A model generated the notes under the pieces. It worked only from the letters and a program-made list of their open reading frames with translations. It was not told the origin of the DNA and did no database searches. A DNA stretch of 20,000 bases from Catajapyx aquilonaris. Lineage: Eukaryota. Shown here piece after piece: positions 10,279 through 20,000 of this stretch. The stretch covers positions 59,344-79,343 of the forward strand of contig JYFJ02002233.1 in assembly GCA_000934665.2 (NCBI GenBank). The letters run 5' to 3'. A program made the translations under genes and the position numbers. Position 1 is the stretch's first letter. Every line of letters starts with the position of its first letter.

Positions 10279-12959
10279 AACTCATTACCGGAATCAAACC
10301 ACAAAAGCGTGTAAAGTCAAACGCAACCAAATTCTAACAAAATCAAGCCCACAAAATCCAAACACCAGTTATTAAAATTCATGGTCCCTATTTTAAAAAA
10401 AATTGAAATCCAGCAATTTGCAGTTTGAACTATATGATCCTAAATTTTGGTTGTTTGGAATCACTCTTTGATTGTCTGTGTGGTCCTAGTGTAGTTTTGG
10501 AGGAGCAAAGTCTCTAACTCTGTAATGCAATTAGGAAGAGAAGGCAGCAAACCTGTTGCAGCAGGGCTGCATTTCCTTTTGTGTTTCATCAACGGGAAGG
10601 GGGGGAGGGAGGGACTCTCACAAGTTGAGATTTCAAGCGCCTTACTTCGCACAGAATGGACTTAATTCCTAAGATAAATAGCTCCAAATTAAGTGAGAGG
10701 CGGGAGATCGTTACGCCCACGTAGTTTTCCTAGTTAGCTCGTGTGACGAACCATTGTTCATTACCCTCCATTTCATTGTTGCTATCGACCTATGTCACTC
10801 GTGTACTTGTTGAGACGTGGCTTGAAATGGCACCTAATTATTTCCTATCACAACTCATTAACGCAACTGGCTAATTCTGAAGAATTTGAGCGGGAAAACG
10901 CCACATGTGATGTGATGTTCGTTGGGTTGCATCATGCCAGGATGAAACAAAGTCTAGGTGTAAGTAAGGTATCCTTCGTCTAAAGAATAATGTAAGGAGA
11001 GGTTCTCAAAATTTTCTTCCATCAGTTGGATTTAATATTTTGTTCACATCGCGAAGAATATTTTTAGAACTCGTTGATTGAGTTACTTGGAAGGAAATGT
11101 TCAATCAAAAGAAAAAAAAGGGGGGTGCAATATCAATCTGAGAGAAAGAGAGACTGAAAACCTACTCAAACCGATCAGAAAACCACTCAAAATAATCCAC
11201 ATCCGGAGAAAAAAAAACGTATTGCCCTCATTTTCTTTTCTAACTCAATTTCTACATTTCTATAACCAGGTGAAGTCCTTCGAGCCAGTCTCAATTTTTG
11301 GCATACGCAAATTCGTCAAATCCGCAATACAAGAGCCAATATATCCGCATTTAGCTGCCGAGTTGGGAAGTTTATCCACTTTTTTTGCACCGTAGGAGTG
11401 GCCTGTGAATGTCGACGTTTAAGCTACTTAAATATTTGCATTTCGTCTCAACACATGCGAAATGGAGCGGAAACGACGCGCGTTTGGAACTTTTTTTTTT
11501 TTCTTCAACGCGTAAAAAGCGCCTGACCTTCAAACAGCGACATAAAAAGAACTGCCAAAAGTCACTTTCATTTTTTTTAAACACGAGATAAAAGAGGTCT
11601 GGAAAATCTGGCAATTAAACCGAGGGAACATCGGAAATTAATGACTGCTCCAAGCCCTGTGCGTGAGAGATGTCTAATTGCCGGGCGATTTTTAAAATGT
11701 CGTCTACTTCCGGAGGGAAGCTCGCAGTTTAAATTATCTCCTGGAAGCATTTGGGGACACACTTAAGGACTTTAAGTTATCTACGCCTGGATTAATCCTC
11801 TGTTTTTTGTACCATTAATTGTGACACACGCGGTTCTAAGAAAAAGGAGCTTCGTCGTAAATATCACCTCTGGGGTTGAAAATTGCTCTCATTTTCTTAA
11901 GAGATGCTTTTTGTCAGGGATTGTTGCAGTGCTTTCAGTGCATAGAAAAGCAAACATTTCTCTCGAAACTATTCCTACTTCTCTATTCTTTACAAGTGTT
12001 TTTTTTTGCGATCCATTTTTATTCATGAGAGCTCGTGAAAGTGGTTTCTTTTGATGATGAACAGCCCAGCCTCGAATCGTGTGTCTTGCAAAATTAACGA
12101 CATTCTTCCCACTTTGTCTTCATTAATAATAAGGGCAGACCACAATGGGCCCAGGATACTTTATTCTTTTTTTAAAAAAAAACAGGAGTGTAGCTCGAGA
12201 AAAAAAATAGATCCATATTTTTTTATACTCCAACTTCCTCTTTTCCTTGCCTTTAACAACCCTGCACATCTGCACGGCTTACATAAATGACATGTTGATG
12301 CGAAGTCGAATGAAATTGTTGCTGTGGAAACCAGTATCTGGAGCTCAGCTTCTTCGACTTTTTGTGACATTCCTTCTATATACGGATGGCAACAGACAGA
12401 AAATATAAAAAAAAGGAAAGCTGTTTACTTCAAGGTAATATTCTCTCCCCCCCTTTTTTTGAAATGGGGAGAAAAGGAAGAGCGGGAAAAATCGAATGGT
12501 GTATTTCGAGTCACCCAACATCGTTTGCAGGATCCGAAATTGAATCCGAAGTTTGCCACGGCTCGTAATTGCCAATTTTGCTTATTGAACAAGTCAGGTG
12601 GGGGTTACGGCCTCATCTTGTTAACTTCACAAGGAAGCTGCTGCGGGGATACATATAAGCTACAGTACTTCCTATATAGAAAAGTGCGTTGACTGCACTG
12701 TGCTGAATCAGTGGTTCTATATTATACGTGTCTGGAAGGATGGGCACAGGAATAATATATGGCAGCCTATCGTGCTGGAAGATTAATCTCCTTGTTATGC
12801 TCAAGTTACCGCAGAATATAATCGAGTTGGGAAAGGCTCCAAATTTCTACAGAATTAATTAGTTTGCGAAAGTGTATTCAAAAAAAACATATCGCCCCCC
12901 AAAGGACTTTCACACTCCGAAAAAAATATGTCTGACACATTTACTCTTTTTTCTTACAG

Positions 12960-12983
12960 CGTATAGTGCTAACAAGGGCCTGT
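12960..12983 (+). other. Candidate 24-nt microexon
   Basis: Branch-point-like CTGAC (12932-12936), a pyrimidine tract ending TTTTTTCTTACAG at 12959, a 24-nt exon, and donor GTAAGT at 12984-12989. The length is a multiple of 3. Confidence 0.35.
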
Positions 12984-13205
12984 GTAAGTAACCTGTACAT
13001 TTTTTAGGCATCTCACACAACACAAACTGCACCATCGCACAAATTTACGCAAAACACACCTCATCTCATGCAGAGTGGCGCAAAATGTTTACCACAGCAG
13101 CACCGTCCTCTCTCTCTCTCTAAAACTTTTGGAAAACAACCGTAAAACTTGGGAGCTCCAAGGGAGGAGGTTGTGGGGGGTGCAGTCATTTAACCCTCAT
13201 TACTT

Positions 13206-13217
13206 CCCCCCCCCCCC
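13206..13217. repeat. poly(C) tract, C12
   Basis: Directly visible. Confidence 0.9.
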
Positions 13218-15277
13218 TCTGCACCAAACCTTTCTCTAAAAACCTGGCTTAACTGCTGAAAAGCTAATTTAGCTCCGGGTACTGTCGTCACTGAATTTCT
13301 CTCTCCTGAAACACCGCAAACCGATTTTCCCAAATTTGACAAATTCACTTCAAGAAGTGTGTACAAAATGAGCGTAATTATTCAGCAATTAATTTGTAAC
13401 GTCTCAGTATCAAATAAATGCGATCTTTTATGTCGGATTTGTTGCGGTGACGACACCTTTTTTCTTTCCAATTTTTGCGCAATTTGTCTGCACGCTTCGT
13501 CACCACTTTTTGCACCTTTCTTTGCCCCGTTTCCGAATAAAAACAAACTGGTTCAATAGAGTGGGGGGCTTAATCAAGGGCAAAATCCGGCGGGTGCATT
13601 TCCTTCGCTTTGCATGCTTGGCTTCGACTTGTGAGAAATGGCAGAGGGGGTGGGGGTTAGCAGGAAGGGAGGAAACAACACACACACAAGAGAAGGAAAG
13701 GAAAAAAAAGGGTTGCGACGTAATTGCTTCTGGTTGCATGACTACGCTCAGTCGCCGTTAATGACTGCTCTAGTTTTCCGGATAAACCACTGCACCAGCT
13801 CGATTCAAGGGTGTTACAAGGTGGTTCAAAAACTCAACAGCGTGTGTGTCGAATCTGCAAAAAAAATGTACAAATTCATTGCATTTTTTTTAAATGTCTC
13901 AACTATACAATCGTGTTGTCTCATCATGTCTTCTTGATGTTTATGGCTGCCTAATTCTGCACTTTCGAGACGCCCTGTACCTGCACGTGTGCTTCAAAAG
14001 GTCAGTTTGTCCACCCCCTGTTCGCAGGTGGCCATCACTCACATGACGTCAGATTTTTGTCCGGTTAGAGACCGGAGGGGGTTGGGGGGGACATTGCTTC
14101 CGGTTGTCGCGCAAAGTACGTGATGAATTGCTGCCCAGAGGTCATCAATACCATGGAGGGCGGCTCACGTGTGTTGTAAAACCCGAGCTTAATTTTGTCC
14201 ATGTGTATGAGTGCAAGTTTGGAAGACTTTGTAGCTTGTGTCAATGGGATATTTTGTGATTAATAACTAACATGGTTCGGCTGGAATTAGAGCACATAAA
14301 TACTGATATTGAAAGTGCGCTGGGTTTTGTTGAATGTAGTTGGAACAAACATTACTCTCAATGTATTAAAAGGGAGCTAAATCATCGCGTTCCCGTGACT
14401 GTATATTGTGCGGTCGCGCTAACTCTACATAATGGTAATATATTGTCAGCTCTTTTTTCTGAACCGGACGCAAAAGTATTACGATCAAAATATATTGATC
14501 CCTAATGGAAAATACGCAGCATCAAATTAGAGCGAAATGCGTACAGTTTTCTTTAAACTCTTACATTGTAAACTTGCAGCATGTGTTTCAAGTATTTTCA
14601 AAAATACATAATCCGATTGATTTTCCCACAATTCGTTCAGTCCTTTCAATTCAATCCGACTCATTAAGTTGAAGCCAGAAAGTTAAGCGCTTGAGAGAAT
14701 CCCGATAAATTTTACCGGCTATGCAAAAACTTTGTCTTTTCTCTCTCTCTCTCCAGAAAAAAATAGAGATTTTCTTCCCCCTAATTGATCCGTTAAACGA
14801 CTTTGTGCTTGGTCGTGACCTCTCTAACGTTATTTTAAATCCCTTGAGGCAAACGGCCTCTGAAGAATGTTCCCGTATCCAAAAGTTTCTACTACTGCAC
14901 TTTTTGGAGGTCAAACTTGGTTCGATTATCCAAACGATGTTAAGCGACTCTCTGGGGCGGCTTAATCTTTATGAGAATTCTCAATAGGACTCGATATGAA
15001 CGAAATATGTTTCAGATCTTTCTTCTCAGAATGCGTTCACGTACAAGTACATGTTGTACAGTTGCCCTCCTTTTGATCCGCTTCCCGATTTTTTTTTTCA
15101 TATTCGTTCTGGTTTGATTTCTGTCACGAAATAAGAAGATTACAGGGTTTCAAACGCAGTTTCCGTGTCAGCCGAGGCTTCGTGAGAGTCCAACAGATGT
15201 ACTGTTCCTTATGCTATTTGAGCTCATTTTTTGGGGGGAGGGTTGCTGCTCCTATTTCATATGCCGACTTGCCCACA

Positions 15278-15303
15278 CCCCCCCCCCCCCNCCCCCCCCC
15301 CCC
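15278..15303. repeat. poly(C) tract, C13-N-C12
   Basis: Directly visible; one N. Confidence 0.9.
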
Positions 15304-15394
15304 AGCTGCAGGTGGCACGCGTTTCTCAGATCATGACCTCCATATCGTGCTTCCTAGAAGAATTATTAGGTCGTCGATTTTCAAGAACTGAAGG

Positions 15395-15443
15395 AGTGAC
15401 GTCACTTTGGGCAATCCTTGCGAGTCACTGAGAAAGTGAGTCA
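15395..15443. promoter_or_regulatory. bZIP site cluster (CRE plus AP-1)
   Basis: 12-bp palindrome AGTGACGTCACT (15395-15406) containing a perfect CRE, near-AP-1 CGAGTCA (15421-15427) and perfect AP-1 TGAGTCA (15437-15443). Confidence 0.4.
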
Positions 15444-15834
15444 TGATTTCGTGACCTGAAAAATCCGCCGATGGGGTTAACACACCTGGGTCAATAAAAG
15501 TTTCTGACAAGTGATGAAGCAAAATGTGTCATAATTACGATGGCATACTCTAGTTAACCTCTAACTTAATCAGACTCTAAGCACATGTTTATAATAGCAA
15601 TCGGGATGAGCTCTAATATCAGGATGTCTTACTGTTTATGACTACCCAAATAATCCCTTCAATGTGTGCACGTGGGAGTGCGTAATTAATCACGTGGCAA
15701 ATGTCGCGAGCGTGATTCGAGTAGACTTTTTCTCATTTCCAAGGAAATTCCAATCGGACAAGAATGACAAGGAATGATGTCAGTCTCATTTCTCGTTGCC
15801 AAGTAAACTAAGGGAAAAATAATGAACGATCTGC

Positions 15835-15885
15835 TATAATATTTTATTATATTTATAATTTATACTTATTATATTTAGTATACTA
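15835..15885. other. Near-pure A/T stretch ending in a 10-bp palindrome
   Basis: 15835-15877 has 43 nt with a single C; TAGTATACTA at 15876-15885. Confidence 0.75.
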
Positions 15886-16947
15886 GTAGAACTCATTGAA
15901 AATATTTTCTAGCATGTAGACTTCACCTTGTCGGATATAGTGACGCCAGAACACCGGAAGTGTGAACATGAAACATATTTTGGTCACGCTGAAACCGAAT
16001 CCGAAAACCGTTTGTTGCTATCTTTTGCGATTTAGGCCCTGATACCTGTCCACAGACAGACAGCCATTTTTTTGTATAGATAAAGTCTAAAACACGGAAT
16101 AATCAAGCACTTACTGGATCGAAAATAATATCCTATTGGCATCTTCCTGCCGCTTTGTTTACCCCGTTTTTTTCCGCAAAATCCGGACCAGGTGTTGTCA
16201 TCCGCCCGGTTTCTCACCGAGTTGTGAAAAAAAAACGTTCCGTCATTAAAATCTCGTCAGCTACTAGACTAAAAATATGCTTTGCAGATTTCAACTTGCC
16301 AACCAGAATATAGGCATTTTATACGGCTCAAAAAATTTTGCCACCGATTTAACGCGCACCATGTTGACTGCGGCTTTTTTTCGCAACAAAAAACTAGTCC
16401 AATTGCATGTTCTCGACGCACTTTTTTTTTGGCCACCACACCCATCCTGTATAAAACTGCATACACTTGTACAACACACATTGCACGCGACCACCATTAA
16501 AAGCGAAAGGTGTTTTTTTTGAAACATGCTCAAGTTAACTAGGCCGACCCCTCTTTATAGAATGTCCCGCAAAAGGAATTCCAGACACGATTTGCAAAAA
16601 TAAATGACAGTGTCGTGAAAATCTGAGGCCTTGTTCGTGAGTTGCTTTTTTCCCCCGGGTTTCTTAAGGACATAAAAGCCACTTGATCCAGAGTGTGTGC
16701 AAAGTGTCCCAAAGTTGTTGAGGATTTATGGGTCTCATCCACGTATTTTTAGTGCTTGATTTTTTTTTAGTACTTGAATTTTGTTATCGGGTAAAAGTTG
16801 GGATTGTTGCGGAAGATGGGTCATGTTGGTTTAAAGGCGACTTATTGACTCGGTTCGGTCTGCTGGGCTCAGCACTATAACGAGTTTTGCACCCAAAAAA
16901 AACTGGGCAAGGTCGTTAACAAACATGCGATTCGTGCAATATGCAAA

Positions 16948-17547
16948 TTAGTAACAAGATTGGGTCAGTTCATGCGGAAAGCAGCTGATTTTGATCTGGT
17001 CCCTACAGGGTGTTCCGTAATGTGGAGGGGCGCGATTCTGATTGATCCCAACACTTTTGCTGTTATATGACAGCAATCTGTCAGAAGAGCAAGAATAAGC
17101 GTTTCTGAGAGTGGCCACTTGTCTGGCCCCCTTCATCTCCATCCATCTTGAGCACCACCCACTGCCAACACCCCTCCCGTGGGGGATAGGGGCCAAAGGA
17201 ACAAACCGCTTGCGGAAACTCAACACGTGCGGCTCCTGCAGCTGCCTCAAAGCAGCAAAAGGGGATGGCCTAAATTGCTTTGCCATCTCCTTTACAAAGG
17301 ACCTCATTTGGGAGGCACTAATGCTCACTTGCGAGTAACACTTTTCCAATATGATTTGCTGCGACACAGTACCGGATCCGAAACCGGCCCGGTTAATACC
17401 CAGAGAGAAAATCTGCGGGTTCCATAATGTATACTGGGGGGTGGATTCTCCTGGGGGAATTCCTTCCCTGGAACAAGCTCGTCGATTCTGCTCCTTTTCC
17501 TTTTGGCAACCAAGCCCTCCCACCTTGGGACAAATGGCTTTTCCCAC
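16948..17547 (-). CDS. Hypothetical ORF (199 codons from GTG; 119 aa from the first in-frame ATG at 17307), no recognisable homology
   Basis: Longest ORF in the window, directly downstream of a GC-box/ETS module. Against it: the annotated start is GTG, an out-of-frame ATG (17425) precedes the in-frame ATG, and other frames here are also stop-poor. Confidence 0.28.
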   Translation of the reverse strand: MGKAICPKVGGLGCQKEKEQNRRACSREGIPPGESTPQYTLWNPQIFSLGINRAGFGSGTVSQQIILEKCYSQVSISASQMRSFVKEMAKQFRPSPFAALRQLQEPHVLSFRKRFVPLAPIPHGRGVGSGWCSRWMEMKGARQVATLRNAYSCSSDRLLSYNSKSVGINQNRAPPHYGTPCRDQIKISCFPHELTQSCY

Positions 17548-17610
17548 GCCTACGGATTATCCGGAAGTAGGATATAGAGCTGGGTTACAATGGGGCGGCC
17601 CCCGGGCGGG
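17541..17610 (-). promoter_or_regulatory. Promoter-like module (2 GC boxes, ETS site, CSL site, weak TATA)
   Basis: GGGCGGG (17604-17610), GGGGCGG (17592-17598), TATAT on the minus strand near 17572-17576, CCGGAAGT (17561-17568) and TTCCCACG (17541-17548). A CCAATCAG lies at 17774-17781. Strand is inferred. Confidence 0.35.
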
Positions 17611-17836
17611 AGGAACAGCCCTGGAATCCCCAGGCCATTAATCAAATACGGGGGGGGAAGGGAGGCACTGCGTGACCTGAGGACTCAACCTTACCAAGTA
17701 ATTGATATCTTCATCCCTGCTGCCCTGATCCTAATGATCAGTGACGGTTCAATTAAGTGCGCTCCAAATTTATCCAATCAGAACCTTAAAGTAATTGGCG
17801 TCATTGTGTTAAGGGTCATTTTTTTCTGAAGCATGA

Positions 17837-17852
17837 CCCCCCCCCCCCCCCC
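17837..17852. repeat. poly(C) tract, C16
   Basis: Directly visible. Confidence 0.9.
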
Positions 17853-19899
17853 AGAAAAATGTCCATCAGCTAGAATCAGGATTACTGTGCAGGGGACACC
17901 GAATTTCCAGCGAGTGAATCCGACGAATCCGTGATATTTGTTCAGGCGAGCTACGGCTAACCAAACGGTTCCGTTAGCTTTTCCGAGGTAAAACGGTCGC
18001 GAATTCCAACCGCATGCGATACCAATGAAGTTCTTTTCCGCTCTGGTTAGTCACACTGGACAGGAAAAAAAAATTTGGAGCAGCTATCCTCCCCAATTTG
18101 TTCGAAAAACACCAGTGCGACTATCCAACCTGAATACAAAACATTTTTGGGGGGATAAAATACTATCAATTTGGATACTTAAATGGATTCTACGAAAACT
18201 ACCCGTCAGTTCCACTCCATTTCCTCTGTACCTTTCTAACCGGATTATGTCCCCACAAGTTTATAAAGTATGAATGGGCAAAATTGTCTCGCCCCATATA
18301 TACAGCCACCGGGGCGCCCTACTGGCAAATTTTCGGCTGGGGCCCCTCCCCGCAAATCCGATAATTGGCTCCATGAAAGAAGCATCGCTCCGTGCAGCAT
18401 GCGACGGACCGTGATGATGTCGGGTCCAGATGCAGCATCACTGAACACGACCAAATAAACCATGCCTTTGCTTCGCTCGCTTATACCAACCTGTAGATTT
18501 TTCCCTTACTCTCGCAGCTTCTCTTTCCACGTTTTGCCCAAATCCTCTTCGGGATTGTTACGCTTCGAGATAGAAAAGGGGTGGGTGGAGAAGGAAAAAA
18601 AAAAGATTTTTTTCCCCTGTCTCCCACCCTGGAAGGAAGGTTTTAGCATCTCTTTCCCATTCCCAAATCAGATTTGACTCTGGGGATGAAGGGATTTTTT
18701 ACGCTCCTTCTGCTCTTAAGTGGCGGACCACCCCTCATGGGGGAGGCGGAATCAGGAGTACAGAAATTGGGCCCTGTCGAGAAGGTCATTACCGGAGGGG
18801 GTTAGTTATGCCAGGAGCGTGGACTAATCTGCAGAAAATGTTCAACTCGTGGAGGTGGAAAGGACAGAGAATGGAGCTGGATGCGCGAAATATTTCGAGG
18901 CTCATTTTGCATTTAATATGACTCAATTGTGTAAAAGTCGTCTGGAATTTTTTTCCAGTGTGACATAGAAAAAGGCTATTACAGTTGATTAATTGCTGTG
19001 AGGCATGAATTGTACTAATGTAGCCTTGTCCTGAATTATGCACTTTTTCGATATTTAAAAATAGTTCTAGCAATATTCACTGTACGGTGTGGCCTACAGT
19101 TCGTGGCACAATTTACACCCAGTTTATCGACCGTTCTTTTTTTCTCTCTAAAGGTCCCTACAAGGCAATCTCCTGCACGTGGCCAAGCCTTATTCTCCAG
19201 AGGTTTAGGCTGGCATGCTTCTTCCTCTTGAAGTAGCAGCCGGTTTCTCCTTATGTCTCATCCGACCCAATATAACTCCCCCCTCCTCCTCCTCTCACTA
19301 AAATTCCTCCGACGCTCTCAGTACACAAACCCTAGAAACCCGCTTTACCCTGTTTGCATTGTACTGGTGCACTATTAATAATTTCGGAAGTCCACATTCA
19401 GCAGCCGACCATTTCTCCTGGAAAAGCGGCCTCCCCTTTTCAGCTCGAGTCAACTGAGAGAGAGAAACCTTTCCAGAAACTTTGCCAAACTTCGGGGATA
19501 ACCATGGAGAATGGGCGTTCATTTAACAACCGGAGTGGATTTGGCATATGGTTGGCAACTACAAACCGCAATGAATAGGGTGTTAAAAGGCCTATACCAC
19601 CATAACTCACAAGCGTCTGTTGCAAATATCCTGCAACCGGTTTTATTTTTATTTTTTTAATCGGGCAAGATATGTTCGACCCAATTCGATCAATGCTGCA
19701 ATTTAAAAGCGGGGAGAGACATGCACAAAATGGGTGTGTGTGCAAAAGAATTCCGCGAGGGGGGATTCGCACAAACTAATTTGTCACGTCTGTTAGCTAA
19801 AACGTGGGATCGTTTGCATTATTAATAGTGTTCGAAATTTTTTAGCTGTTGCCCAAATAGGACCTCTAGACAGGACTGATGGGGGGTACTGTGTAAGTA

Positions 19900-20000
19900 C
19901 CGGAAGCATATTAACAAACTGTACATGGCTAGAGAGACAGGCGGCCTGAGCCCCGCCCTCCCTCGCCCTGATTGGTCCTGCGTCTGGCGAGCTTTTAAAA
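19900..20000 (+). promoter_or_regulatory. RNA polymerase II promoter-like module, probably for a transcript starting just beyond the window
   Basis: ETS CCGGAAG (19900-19906), Sp1 GC box CCCCGCCC (19951-19958), inverted NF-Y box CTGATTGGTC (19968-19977) and TATA-like TTTTAAAA (19993-20000), in canonical order and spacing. Confidence 0.55.

Noticed and set aside
17270..17365. Vague resemblance of QQIILEKCYSQVSISASQMRSFVKEMAK to G-protein gamma subunits
   Set aside because: Lacks the DPL and NPF motifs and the C-terminal CaaX; the similarity is superficial.
19676..19684. GTTCGACCC B-box-like motif (also GGTTCGATT at 14919)
   Set aside because: No upstream A-box or cloverleaf, so no tRNA or SINE call.
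387..19772. Most of the 60-122 aa ORFs in the supplied track
   Set aside because: Many use TTG/GTG starts, overlap on both strands, are rich in Phe/Lys from A/T runs and show no recognisable domain, as expected for non-coding DNA.
1..20000. CRISPR array, telomeric repeat array, rRNA or long tandem repeats
   Set aside because: No regularly spaced repeats, only isolated TTAGGG/CCCTAA hexamers, and no rRNA-like conserved segments seen.

Overview
I recognise no protein-coding gene, RNA gene, CRISPR array or prokaryotic operon in this 20 kb window. The longest ORF is 199 codons with a GTG start, and the others are short enough to be chance. The DNA looks like eukaryotic-type non-coding regulatory sequence: roughly 40-45% GC by eye, CpG not depleted over most of its length, many A/T runs and five long G/C homopolymers. 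It carries repeated metazoan RNA polymerase II motifs (NF-Y CCAATCAG, Sp1 GC boxes, ETS CCGGAAG, CRE, E-box, octamer). The source could be an animal genome or the gene-poor part of a large animal DNA virus; the sequence alone does not decide this. The best-supported discrete structures are a 109-bp TA-flanked element with 26-bp terminal inverted repeats (MITE-like, 1327-1435), a perfect 13-bp-arm palindrome ending a ~1 kb AT-rich block (9061-9089), several promoter-like modules (the clearest at the right edge) and a canonical-looking 24-nt microexon (12960-12983). I cannot demonstrate a new biological system. All counts and expectations are hand estimates.
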